From NCBI RefSeq assembly GCF_001194135.2, contig NC_068994.1, positions 38,189,941 through 38,253,940 of the forward strand: DNA of 64,000 nucleotides, in the 5' to 3' direction. Under the pieces are notes generated by a model that saw nothing but the letters and a program-made list of their open reading frames with translations, had not been told where the DNA came from and did not search any database. A program made the position numbers and the translations under genes. Below, one piece after another: positions 50,510 to 64,000 of this stretch. How positions within the stretch are numbered: the stretch's first letter is position 1; each line of letters opens with the position of its first letter. The DNA comes from Octopus bimaculoides (lineage: Eukaryota).

Positions 50510-52812
50510 TACATCACTAGTCCATTGTTATTATTATTATCATCGTTATTTTCTGTTTTATTGCATTAAATTCCCATCAAATTGGCTGAGAAAGAGTTTA
50601 AGCACATGATAAAAATGTAGGGTTTCTATCATCACAAGCAGATATATTTGGGACATGATTAAACCAGGCAGAACCCATCCTTCTCCAAGTCTGAACATAA
50701 GCAATTTTTCTTGGTGAGAAAAAAAGAAAAGTGAGAGGAAGAAAAAGATTCAGCCCCAGACCTAGATTAGTACTTTATTAACCTTAAAAAGAAAGGCAAA
50801 GTTGACCATGGTGAGACGGAACTTGATTTGATTTCAATGTCTTCTAATGGCTCTGCCAACTAGTCACCTTCCTTCAAATTACACCCTACAGTTTTTAGCG
50901 GCTGTGTGGTAAGAGGCTTGCTTCCCTGCCACATGGTTCCAGTTTCAGTCCCACTGTGTAGTGCCTTGGGAAAGTGTTTTCTACAATAGCCTCAGGCCAA
51001 CCAAAGCCTTGCGAGTTGATTTGGTAGACAGAAACTGAAAGAAGTCCATCATACCTATATATATATACACACACACCTTTATGCATGTTTCTTTGTGTCT
51101 GTTTGTCCCCACCACGACCATTTGATAACCGGTCTTGGTGTGTTTACATCCCTATAACTTTGCAGTTCAGCAAAAGGGGAAAATAGAATAAGTACTAGAT
51201 TTCAAAACATAAGTCCTGGGGTCAGTTCACTCAACTAAAGCACTTCAAGGTGGTGTCCCAGGATGGCAGCAGTCAAATGACTGAGGTAATTAAAAGACAA
51301 TAGATATAGTGTAAGAGATTAAGTATACATAGAAAACATATTATGTACTGGAGCAGAAATAGCTGAGTGGTTAAGAAGCTGCTCTCCAAGCCATGTGGTC
51401 TTAGGTTCAACCCCACTGCATGGTACCTTAGGTAGGTAAATTCTTCCACAATCGCAAGCCAACCAAAGTTTTCTGAGTGGATTTAGTAGACAGAAACTGC
51501 AAGAAAACCATTATATGTGCACATGTGAGTGTGTGTATGCTTGAGTAAGCATGCTTGTATGTGTGTGTACGTATATATATGTGTGTGTGCATGTGTGTGT
51601 ACGTATACGTGTGTGTGTGCTTGTGTGTGTACGTATATGTGTGTGTGTGTGCATGTTTGTGTTTTTGTCTACCTTTGCCTTGACATCACATGATGGTTGT
51701 AAACATTTATCAGCATCATACAAGAGAGGTTGTTTTTTTCTGCTTTTCTAGTCTTCTGTGCAAAACGTGTCTAACCATGGGAAAATGTTACCTTACTTGG
51801 GTAAAAGTGGGGTTGATAAGAGAAAGGGCATTCAGCAGCAGAAAATCTACTTCAGTAAATTCTGATATGAAAAAGTGGATGTTAAAAGAGGAGGATGAGG
51901 AGGAATAGGGACAATCCTGATGATGATGATGATGAATGATGATGAGGAATAATGATGAAGGTGGTGCTGGTGGTGTTGGTGACAATGGTGGCTGCAGCAG
52001 AGATGATGATGAAAAAGAACAACAGCATAGATACCATCACTATCAACAAATTTTGATGTTAAATCCAAAACCTCATTATTAGACATTTAAAACTGTCCAG
52101 AGACCTAATTACACAAATAAAAAGTAATACACAAACAACAAATCAGCAAAAAGATAAACACACACATAAACACATGGGATTTTCATGTTATAGTTTAGTT
52201 ACTAAAGGGATAAAAAATATCAACAACAACAATGGTAGTAGCCTATACTGAGGGATAAATGATTCTCAACCACAAATTTGGAAAATATTCACATTTTAGC
52301 AGATTCAGTTTATAAATATTACGTCAAATACTTTTTTTATTGTTGATCGATGATTAAGATTTTGAAGTTTAAAACAAAATTCAAATAACTTACACAACAG
52401 CAATGTTATAAACAGCAACCAGGCAAACAAAGGCAAAGCAATGCTTGCATCTGCTTATATTTTATTGTAGTTCTTTTTCTCTCTCTCACAGCTAATTCTG
52501 AATCTGTAAAAACAATTGTTATTAGAAAAACTGATCCCTGCTCAAATATCTTTAAGAGGCTAGTATTCTTATTGTGAACATAAGCCTTGCAATAATCAAA
52601 CAAAAAAAAGCATCTGAATACATAGCAGAAGATAAAATATCTTAGAGCCTGTGAACAAAGCTATTTTGGATGCAGGCATGGTTGTGTAATTAAGAAGTTC
52701 ACTTTACAACTATATGATTTCATGTTCAATACCATGCATGGTACTCTGGATAAAAGAATTCTACTATAGCCTCTAGTTAGTCAATATTTTGAAGGTGTAA
52801 TTTGTTCGATGG

Positions 52813-52846
<34 letters not shown>

Positions 52847-55360
52847 TAAAATCAATAATAATAAAGTGTATGGGGATTTGTACATCCACAAAATTTATCT
52901 TATAGTTATATACAGTATATCATAATGACCTACACGTGTTTCTACTGCATGTGTAGGTTGTTATAATATGCTGTATATAACTATAAGATACGTTTTGTGG
53001 ATGTACAAGTCTCTATGTTCTTTATTCATCATCATCATTGTTTAACGTCTGCTTTCCATGCTAGCATGAGTTGGCTGATTTGAGTGAGGACTGGCAAACC
53101 AGATGTCTGCACCCAGCTCCAATCTGATCTGGCAGAGTTTCTACAGCTGGATGCCCTTCTTAACGCCAACCACTCCAAGAGTGTAGTGGGTGCTTTTACG
53201 TGCCACCGGCAGAAGGGCCAGTCAGGCGGTACTGGCAACGGCCACATTCAAAATGGTGTTTTTTAAGTGCCACCTGCACAGGAGCCAGTCCAGTGGCACT
53301 GGCAACGACCTCGCTCAAATGCATTTTCACGTGCCACCGGCATTATTATTAATATTAATATACACTCCAGATAACTTTTACTGTCCAGCAAAGGGAACAC
53401 GGAATTATCCATCGGAAAAATTCATGGAGTGACTAACAATTAAATGTATTCACAGATGTTATATACTAATCGTTATGGTTAGCCATTAACTGAAGCTTAA
53501 CTGAGAGCTAATATGATAACAGCCCAGATAATATATCCTTTCAAACTCACTTTTACACAGACAGACAGACACACACACACACACATATATATATGTATGT
53601 AAAATATATAAGTTTGTATGTATGTATGTATGTACGTATGTATGTATATACATAGTGATAGAGTGGCGGGATTCAAAAAGAGATTGGTACAAAAAGTTAG
53701 TAAATATCAAGCTTGTATAAATGACAAAAGGCAGATTATACACAATCAACAAAGTTTATTAACCATCAGTAAGATGACCGCTACTATACAACTTAGGGTT
53801 TTGCAGAAAAAATGTGCTAATTATATGAATATAGAGCAAAGAGTGTAAGGATTACATATGTTATTGAGCTAAACTCAATACATTTTACATATGTAACATA
53901 AAAATAATGTTTAGCTTCTCCTCAGGTGTAATTACTAGTGATGCTTACACACACACATACATATATATATAATATCCTCATCATCTTCATTTAGCATCTG
54001 CTTTCCCATGCTGGCATGGGTTAGATGGTTTGACTAAAACTGGTGAGCTGGAGAGCTGCACCAAGTTCCAGTCTGATTTGGCATGGTTTCTACAGGAGCA
54101 GAATTGGAGCTGGTGATGATGATGATGACGAGGATGATGATGACGATGATAGGGGTGTCAGTGGGAATGATGGCAATGATCATGATGATGGGGCTGATGA
54201 TGATGGTGGCGATGGTGATGATAGTTTTGGTGATGATGATGATGATGATGATGATGACAATGATGTATAGGGTCTGTTAACATACTGTTAAAACAACTTT
54301 TCTATACTAAACCTATTCGTTCACAGTAGCACATGGCTTTTAAATATATTTTCTGCTGAAATAAATGAAAAATATTATGAAAATAGTTGACAGTTAAGTT
54401 TTTTTTTTTTTTTTAATATTTTATAAAGCTGCTTTCCATAATCCCCCAGTCAACTACAATCATTCACCTATCCATTAAATTAAGACACACTTACTTAGAC
54501 AAAAGCAGTGATACAAATAGTAAGAAGACAAAACAATGATGACACAATGTTTGTGCTCGTAGAAAAAACAACTTGTTCTTAAGTATCAGTATAATTACAG
54601 CAGTTTTAAACCACTTTAACTAAGAACTATAAAGAGAGAACAACTTTTCTTCACATATTTTTTTTTTAATGCAAACACATCTAAAGTTACATTTATATGG
54701 GTTTTTTTTTTATCGTTTTATTTAAGCTGAAAATGTTTCAGTATATTCTAAATATTCATACAAATTGTTTTGTTCTGTTGTTACGAAGTTAATGTTTCTA
54801 TTTCTCGTCTGTGGAATCAGGATGCCTAGCTATGGAAATATTGGTTGTGGTGTATGAATGCTGTGAGCTGATTGGCTTTTAAATGCTGTTTGATGATTGG
54901 CAGAAAGGGTCTACGAATATTTGTCCTTTAATGTCAGATGGCCTACATTTATAAATAACTTAAGACTATGTGGCCTTGATATTTTTCAAATATGATATTG
55001 GTGGAGATCATAAGGTTTATGTATAAAATCATAGTGCATTTTGTATTTTTCATATAAGGAATTAGAAGGAGATTGTCACTCACTCTCTCTCCCTCACTTC
55101 TTCTCTCTTTCACACTCTCATTCTACACACCCCCACACATATATATGTACGTCTGTGTGTGTGTGTGTGTGTATTTATATCCTGTAACTCTGGAGAGTGT
55201 GATTGATCATGCATTGCCAAAGTTAGTAATCCTTGTGGCTGCTTTTGACAAAAGCACATTCAAAGAAATAGTATCCTTATATAACATATACACACACAGG
55301 AAGGGAGAAGAGAAGAGGGGTTATTGTAACAGTTTACATACAGGGGTGTTGAGATAGAAA

Positions 55361-55398
<38 letters not shown>

Positions 55399-55590
55399 AG
55401 ANNNNNNNNNNACAAAAAAAAAAAAAAACAAAAGACAAAGACAGGTGGTGTAGACAACAAACAGATCTATTAGTATAATGCTCGGGAAGTGAAAAAGTCT
55501 GAACATTTCGAACCTACAGAAAGGAACACAGAAAGAAACAAGGAGAAAAAAAAAAGAATGTGTAGTGGCTAACGATCTATCATATATATA

Positions 55591-56308
55591 TATTTGGTAA
55601 TTCAGCCATTCATCAACACCTGCATGCCATCAGGAAAGCTAGAAAATTGGATTAATGGGTTCCTCACAAACTTTCCAAGTCTAATTGTGCACAGAGAATA
55701 ATAACTGGTGATGAGAAATGGTTTCTCTATAAAAATGTCAAGCACTGAAGACAGTGGGAAAGGAGAAACGCCAGCACTCCAGGCTAAAGGTCTTTACACT
55801 TGTAAGGAGTTGTTATCTGTTTGGTGTGATATGAAAGGTTTAGACCACTTTAAACTTTTAAACCCAAACCAAACAATAAGAAAGGAGATCTATTGTGAGC
55901 AGCTTGAGCAGCTTAAGTCAGCGCTAGAAGTAAAATGTTCATCTTTGGTTTCAAGACGAAAGGTGTTCTTCCATCAGGATAATGCTTGGCCACATACAGC
56001 AAAGATGACATTCCAAAGACTGGAGCAGTTTGAATAGGAAACGATGCCTCACCCATCAGATTCACCAGACATTGCACCCATCTGATTATCATTTATTCTG
56101 CAGTCTTCAAAATCATTTGGACGAAAATATATGAATTTTGTAGACAAGATCAGAACAGTACTGGAGGAGTATTTTTTGTCATGGACAAGTGAATTTTGAA
56201 AGAGGGGCCTTGCAAGTTTACCAGATAGATGGAAGTGCATTATAGAAAATAAAGGAGAGTATATTTTAGATTAAAAAAGAACTTTGTCTTAATTTTGAAA
56301 AATAAAAT
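55591..56308 (+). pseudogene. Mariner DD34D transposase fragment
   Basis: WVPHKL, RIITGDEKW, FFHQDNAWPH, PHPSDSPDIAPSDYHLF; 34 residues between the catalytic Asp residues; stops, a frameshift and an internal deletion. Confidence 0.92.
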
Positions 56309-56738
56309 AAGTGGCACGTAAAAAGCAGCATTCAAGCGTGACCATTGCCAGTGTCACCTTACTGGCATTTGTGCTGGTGGCACATGAAAAACAACATTCG
56401 AGTGAGTGGATTTGGTGAACAGAAACTAGAAGAAGCCTGTCATATATGTATATATTTATGTATGTATTTGTGTGCATATGCATATAACTAGGTGTGTATT
56501 CCCCTGTTTTGACATGTGCATGTTAAGTGTAAACAAAATTCATCATTGAAATATATAGCATTTCCTGTTTGCATTCTTCTATGAAAGCTAGTCTGGACTG
56601 CATATTGTTCTATTGACTGGAGGAATTATTAACTTACTTGGAAACATGTGAAAGTTGGTAACAGGAAGGGCATCTAGCTATAGAAAGTTCTACCACAATG
56701 AAATCTTGCTTGACTTTTGCAGGTAGATGAACACTCAT

Positions 56739-56789
<51 letters not shown>

Positions 56790-56949
56790 TGCTGATTATT
56801 CTAAAAAGAATCAATGCTCTGAATCAATAATTCCATATATGAAGTGACTTTGACTGAAGCAACACAACTAACTTATGTCAGCTTAGAAAATGATATAAAA
56901 TGATGGAGATAAAATGCACATATTTATATGCAACACACACACATTTAGC

Positions 56950-57010
56950 ACACCACAATGTGCATGCACATGTGTACACATACATACACACACACACACA
57001 CAAACACACA

Positions 57011-57069
<59 letters not shown>

Positions 57070-57070
57070 T
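56950..57070. repeat. (CA)n-(CT)n microsatellite
   Basis: Directly visible. Confidence 0.95.
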
Positions 57071-59865
57071 CACACATACATATGCATACATAACCCAGAA
57101 AGGTTAAAAGAGATACTGACATATGTGTGCGCATCTATGTGCATTGATATATACATAAATGCTTACACATACATGCATACACACACAGACACAAACATGC
57201 ATATATTTATATATTTGTTTATTTATAGATGAGAGAGAGAGTGAGAGAAAGAGGGGGAGAAAGAAGGTGAAAGACAATTTCTATGGTGCCTTTAAAATTT
57301 ATTAAATATTGTTAAGCTCTGAGTCATCACACACAGAGTCTACCAGTCTTGCATTTTTATACTTTAAAAACCAATTTCTTGTGCCGTTACAATGTAAAAA
57401 TTATAAATATTAATGAAAACTTTTCATAAACTTCATTGATTTAAACATCTTGGCATAATAATTTGAATTTAATATTTTTCTGTTTAATGAACTGGCCTAA
57501 AGCTACATCTTTACATTGGTTTGGATCTGAAAGTAAATTGAAACAGTGATGGAGTATCTTCAGTAATATTTCTTCAGTTATTGCTTTAACTAATAAAAGA
57601 AATGAAAAAAATCCTATGAACTATGTTGAAAATATATGATAGTTTCCTTATTAACTTTGAATAATTCAGCTTTTCTCCTACTATCTGAACCTTTTTTAGA
57701 AAGGAATAATTTAAATGGTGTGATACTCTAATACATCATCTTTATGCTAACAGGAATATGTTACGTCATTATCTAGTTTTCATTAATTTCTTTACAGTTG
57801 AAACATTTTTAGCTTTAGGGTATGTTCTTTGTTGATAGTAATCCCTAGAAGTCTTTATGTTTAACTTCTAAAAGATGTGGAATATGGTTTTATTTCTTTT
57901 TTTGTTTAGTATAATTTTTTTCTATTTTCATGTACACATTAAATATTGTATTTAATTTCTTTATGTTTCAATATGACGCTTCTGAATTTGAAAATTTTCA
58001 GCTATTATTATTTTTATTTTCATTCTGTATTTTACATGGGTGTTCATCTCACATATATTCTGTCAAATATTTTGATTGATTATACATTAATATTCACATC
58101 TTTGCAATATTTTGTCAAATATTATTTTTTTTATTCGTCACTCATGGAAAAAGACAGAAAAAGTTGTTTCTGCTTCTATAATGAAATACATTGACAATTT
58201 GATTAATTCTTCAGTCAAAAGTATCCAGATATAAAATATTTCTATTTTGCCAAACCAAATTCTTCACAGATCATTAGCGATTTTACTCTAAAGTCATCCT
58301 TATCTAGTAAATTGTACAATGACATTTTAGTACTCTCAACAGGATGCCACCATTGTTAATTGATAAAATTCTGTATTCTCTTATAGATATTGTAAATATT
58401 TTTTGGTTCTGTTTAATAGATTTTACCTACGTCAGAGACAGAAACTTGTGGCAGACTAGAGTTGTTTAAACTGACTGAACTTTTCCCTTCCAACAAGTAG
58501 ACAAACATAATTAAATGAAAGGGTAAGTCAAAATCAGTAAATAGCTCGAGAATATTATGTAAAAAATGCAATCTATTTGAATTTCTCTTTTTAAAAAATG
58601 TAATATAATTTAGCAAATTACATGCAACCTAAACAAAATTCTGCCAAATAAATGGAAATGAATTTATACAGAAGTTTATATTCAGAAAATAATACACAAC
58701 CTCTACATAATTTCTATGTATTTGACATTGTTCTCTTCTTGTGCTTAGTTGCTATTTACAAGAAACAGTATGAATAAGGCTCTTGCAGTTCTATGATATA
58801 AAAGGTTTCACCATATGTAACACAATGCTAAAGAATATCAACTATACAGCTAGTTACATAACATTTAGAAAGTTATAGAAAAGAAAAAAATGGCATCCAG
58901 AAAGAAAGAAAGCTAAACAACAGATTTACCTGGTTAGGAGAAGAGAGAGAGAAGGAGATTTGCACTGAGTTGATTAAAGTATAAAGTATTTTTAAATAGT
59001 GAGAAATTGTATAGTGTAAATTTTATTTTTAATGTGTTGCATAGCAACACAATTATTAGCTTTAAAAATAAATGAAATTAAGTACAGAAATTAAAATAGG
59101 ATGGTTTTAAGTTACTCTTATGAAAATGGTAGAACAAATCTTTTACCTGTCATCTTTTATCTTTTACTTGTTCCAGTCTTTGAACTGTGGCCATGCTGGA
59201 GCACTGCCTTAAAGGATTTACTTGAACAAATTAACTCCAGTATTTGTTTTATAAGCCTGTTACTTATTCTATCAGTCTTTGTTGAGTATATATATATATA
59301 TATATATCAACCTTGATTTGGCAAATCTATAGTCAAAAGGATTCCATTCATAATCTTCTTGTCTATTTTATGGGTCTAGAACTACATATTTCTGGAGAAA
59401 CAACAGTAAGATAAGTTTTTAGCCAATTATCTTTTAATTACCTCAAATGTCTTATAAGCACCTTCCACGCTGCAATTGTTTTCATTCCAGCACACGATCT
59501 CAGATCAGGTCTCTTGCTATGCAAGTACATCTCCATAATACCTTTTAATTGTTTCAGGCATTAAACTGCAGCCATGCTGAGGTACTGTCTAGAAGAGTTT
59601 TTCATTGAATGAATTGACCCTGGCACATTTTTTCAAGCCTGGTACTTATTCTGTCTGTCAGTCTGTTTCACCAAACTGCTAAGTTAAGGGGTCATAAAGA
59701 CACCAATGATGAGTGTTAAGTGGTGGGTGGGAGACAAACACAGACACAAAGACACACACGTACATCTACACACACACATACATAAAGATATATATATATA
59801 TATATGGCAAAATTCTTAATTATTAATTTTATTACTAATTGACGATTCCCTGCCCTGTATATCTA

Positions 59866-59899
<34 letters not shown>

Positions 59900-59904
<5 letters not shown>

Positions 59905-60080
59905 GAACAAAAACATTCAGACAGATAGACAATACAAAGGCAGACAGGAAAAAACAACAATTAGAAGGACAGGTAAAAAAAAGACAGGTCATTCTTGGCT
60001 TCTTTCCTCAGACAAGTATACCAGAAGTCCTTACTGTTTCGGGCAGTTACACTTGAGACAGTTCGATCTGGTTGCCCCCA
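59900..60080 (-). mobile_element. Possible PLE terminal fragment between (TA)n tracts
   Basis: Minus strand GCCCGAAACAGTAAGG at 60044-60029 is hammerhead-3'-like; the rest is degenerate. Confidence 0.3.
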
Positions 60081-60167
60081 TATATATATATGTATATATA
60101 TTTATATCTATATCTATATATATATACATATATATGTATATATATGTATATCTATCTATATATATAT

Positions 60168-61251
60168 AAGGTGCATAAGATATATAGTTTATGTTTATAA
60201 AATAACAGATATATAATAACAGATAATAACTTTATTTATCAAAAAATGCTATGAGGATAAAAATAAACCTTCTTTTCTATCATCTTATTCAATAAAGCCA
60301 CTTTCAGCTTCAACAACTGCTTCTATATGAGATCTAAATCATCTACATGCTTGAATCGAGTGGTCCTGGTTCATTTTGGACATTATTCTGACTATGGCAG
60401 CTTTCAAAGAATCTTTGGTGTTATGGGCATGTTCATTGACCTCTCTCTCTCGACAACAATTGTCCATACACTGTCTATCCAGGGCTTAACAATTATTTCC
60501 AGAACCTGAATGTAGGCCACAGAGTTAACTCTAAGGCCTTGTGGAAAGAAGTAAGGAGGCATCACATCCTTCATTGCTGACAACTCCTGAAACCATGACA
60601 GTTGCAGGAAATTTTGTATGCACAACACTTGGAACTTCAGAAGGGTCTGCACATAACCATCTGTCATTTCTTGTTACCTCTTTGATCTTGGTCGAAGTTT
60701 TTCTGTTTGAGAAAAACCAAATCAGATCTTTTGCTGAATTTTTCAGTTTGTTTAAGAGCATTTTTTTTTTTTTGCTTTTTCTTACAAATTGACCTTTCCT
60801 TATCATATAAGACTTATATCTGATGTCTTCGTGGCCAACATTTTTGACTGTTCCTTCTGACACATGGAAATCTTTTGAAATTGACCTCATAGACTTTCTG
60901 GGATTGTAATCAATGGTCTGTTGAACTTGCTGAATAAATTCAGGTGTTGTGATGATTTTAGAGTGTTTAGAATCCTTTTTATGCTTTAATACTGGTAATA
61001 TGTCTCCATCTTGAGTCTCTAACTCCATATAAACTTTGTAGATGAAAGATTTGGCAACTTTTAAATATCAAGATATTTCTAAATTGCTATTCTCAGCTTT
61101 TATAAACACAAAAACAGCATGCCTCTTCATTTCTTGAGTAAGCTGAGGGTCTGCCATTATAATTTTCTGAAACAAAGATTACAGAGAGTTAGCAAAAAGT
61201 GCAGGAATGACTGAAAAAAGGTATGTCCTCTAATACCTTATGCACAATCTG
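60168..61251 (-). mobile_element. Second maT-like (DD37D group) transposon, internally deleted
   Basis: TPEFIQQVQQ..NPRKSMRSI..LLNKLKN..NDRWLCADPSEVP..HTKFPATVMV is homologous to 7104-7625; TIR-like TATGTCCTCTAATACCTTATGCACAATCTG at 61222-61251; left end approximate. Confidence 0.88.
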
Positions 61252-62894
61252 TTAACAAAATTTTAAATGGGTAAGAGTGGATTAAAATCAAATGCATTAA
61301 AATAAATTTGCCAAAGAATATAGCCCTAGTTCATAACAAAAAGTTAACAGCCCTGGAAAATGGTTTTATTCAATACTCACAGAAGTTAATACTCAGTACA
61401 AATACATAAATAGTATAATGGGATATTTAGCCAGCAGCTAACCAGAACATAATATGCCTGATGCTCTGGTTTAGCTGGAAACATGACCAGCCATAAAATA
61501 TCTCATTAGAAGTAGAAGATATTGTAATAACTTAGTAATATAATCACTGGTACCTATAGAACAGTAGCTAGTGTAGAAATCAATGAAATTTCTTATTTTT
61601 GTTGTTGTCACCATTGATCATATCGCCCAAGGCCACCTCTGATCATATAGACCTATGAGCAAATATATTTTAATCATGAAACCCTTCTCTTTTTGTAAAT
61701 CAAGTACTACACTGTCCAATGGCTCCTTCCTTGTTTATGATGCAACTTCTATTCTAGTGAATAACCATGAAAAAACTTCCTCATTAGCTCAGGATGGGAA
61801 CTATATCTAAGTATTTATGCACATGCAATAGTTGGCAACAATAATCAGAAGGGGTATTATGAGGGGTCACTCGACCGGTTAATATCAGACTTTTAACAAC
61901 TCTCCTTAGTGGGTGAGATTTATGTGGACGATGCTCAGCTTCAACATCTACAGATCAATATCTGTAGGAAGGGAACCAGAGGTCTGATCTGAATGCTAAA
62001 TTTACTAAACAATACAGAAGTCCCAGACCTCTGTTTGTCTTGTGAGAGCATGAGTTTGCAACTGGAAAGATCCTCTCTAAGGTATAATAAACTTGGGCAA
62101 AATTTTTATGGAAGATCAGCAGCTTCCCATACTTGCAAGTATTACTTCTTTCCACCATGGAAGCTGTCCAGGAAAATGACAATGACTAATAGAGCTTAGC
62201 ACCAGTGTTGCTGCCAAAATACTACAAGGCATCTCATCCAGAAATCTAATAGTTCCAAAAATTCACTCTGAACTACTATCTTATTTATAAACTCAAAAGG
62301 ATTAAAGGCAAATTTGGCTTCTACTGGGTTTGAACTAAGAACACTCTATTAGAACAAGTACTACAAGACATTCTATCCAACACTCCAATGATTCTGCTAA
62401 TTCACAGTCTAAATTAAAAAATGGTACTTATTTTAGCAATGTTAGAGGCATGAAAGTCTTTCTAGAATTATTATATAATTAATAGAAAATAGTGTTTATT
62501 TTTAATTTCTTTAAAAAACAAAATGTCATTTTACAAATTTTATAGAAAGTTTCATAATGATTTATGCTGAATTATTTCAATACTTTGAGGTTCATGTCTG
62601 AATGATCATTTTCTTTTAAACAGTATTTCAGATCTAATTATTTTAAAAATTAAATGTCAATGATGAGTTATTGTTCATAGCATAATAATTTTGCAGACTA
62701 TTAACTTCAGCTTTAGTGGCTAGAACTGCCTCAGTATTTACATCTATCCATGTTTCAGTTGATTCTATCTCTAGTAGTCATCAGGGTCTTATTTTTGGAT
62801 GTGTACATAGTACCAGAATGGATTTGCAACAGGAATCTCTATTTCTAAGTGGTTTAGGTCACTGACACATGTATACTAGCCGTTAAAAATGTTA

Positions 62895-63552
62895 CTACTC
62901 TTTTTTCTTTTACTCATTTCAGTTGTTTATGTGTGGCCATGCTGGAGCACCACCACGAAGGCCTTTAGTTGAACACTTATTTCTTATTCTACTGGTCTCC
63001 TTTGTTAAACTGCTAAGTTACAGGGATGTAAACACACCAACACCAGTTGTCAAGTGTTGATGGTGAGGTGCAAACAGAAATCATACTGATGCAACGTCAT
63101 TTACTGCATCACCTGCTCTTCCTGCCCTTCTCTGTACGTTGGTGAAACAGGATGCCACTTGGCTGACCAATTTGCGGAGCACCTCCAAGACATCAGACTT
63201 GGCAATGACGCTCCAGTCTCATGCCATTTCCACTCTACCGGTCATTCACTGCAACACCTGTCTGTGTTCAGATTGTCTTTGCACAGGGGCCATCTGGACT
63301 CCTGCCTTTACTGTGAACAAGAATTAATCTTCTCTCTTTGGTCCTTTGCACCACTTGAGCTCAACTCTCTTTCCTCTCCTCACTCCTACCCACCTACTCT
63401 CTTCATTGATATCCCACCTTCGCTCCACACCTTCACACCCACTCCTACATACTCCATCCCTACCCCCACCTCTCTCTCTCCCGAGAATCAAACTAATACA
63501 CCTGTTGTTCATACACCTGTCTTCATTTTCTGTTTTTCTGTAAATTTCAACC

Positions 63553-63636
<84 letters not shown>

Positions 63637-63797
63637 CGTGCTTCTTTCAGTTTTCATCTAACAAATCCACTCACAAGGCTTTGGTCAGCTTGAGGGTATA
63701 GTAGAAGACATTTGCCTATGGTGTCACACAATGGAACTGAACTCAGAACCATGTTGTTGAGAAGCAGGCTTCTTACCACACAGCCACACTTGTGCCT
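62895..63797 (-). mobile_element. SINE family A interrupted by a PLE fragment
   Basis: 3' half at 62895-63080, head at 63635-63797. Confidence 0.8.
63090..63378 (+). pseudogene. PLE GIY-YIG endonuclease fragment, 5'-truncated; 3' UTR extends to about 63545
   Basis: Open frame CNVIYCITCSSCPSLYVGETGCHLADQFAEHLQDIRLGNDAPVSCHFHSTGH..EQELIFSL..PLELN: VIY/YVG motifs, CxxC, paired His and the E-x-x-L-I..LN end typical of PLE endonucleases. Confidence 0.9.
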
Positions 63798-64000
63798 TTA
63801 GTTTGAAAAACAATAATTGTTCTTAGCATAAGTGCAAGGTCTGACATTTAGAAGAGATAGTTAGTTTATTTCATTGATTCCAGTACTTGAATGATACTTT
63901 ATTTCATCAGCCTAGTGGAATAAAAGACATAGTTGACTGTAGCAAGATTTGAACTCATAATGTAAAGAGATAATTCCTCAAGGCATTTTTTCCATTGCTC

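Overview
AT-rich, repeat-saturated eukaryotic scaffold DNA with 8 N gaps. I infer a cephalopod, most likely Octopus, from the microsatellite load, the tRNA-derived SINE families and the RTE-LINE tails; this was not database-checked. I recognise no intact host gene, structural RNA gene or CRISPR array. Nearly all ORFs in the track are translations of (TA)n, (CA)n, (CAT)n or N runs. Supported content: two decayed DD37D (maT-like) and one DD34D mariner transposase relics; a 126-bp TA-flanked MITE; several long inverted-repeat elements; about 10 RTE-LINE 3' fragments; three tRNA-derived SINE groups with dozens of copies; and several Penelope-like element (PLE) relics, including a GIY-YIG endonuclease fragment. 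The most notable item is a short non-coding element present twice (5437-5690, 41281-41659). It joins a tRNA-derived Pol III head to a PLE-type tail carrying a minimal hammerhead ribozyme motif, and it inserts with an inverted copy of its own 3' end plus a TSD, so it looks like a PLE-mobilised, ribozyme-bearing SINE. Also notable are a ~50-bp-period array of RFX X-box-like motifs (44106-44510) and repeated nesting of elements inside the internal microsatellite of one SINE family. All alignments were made by eye, so boundaries of decayed repeats are approximate.
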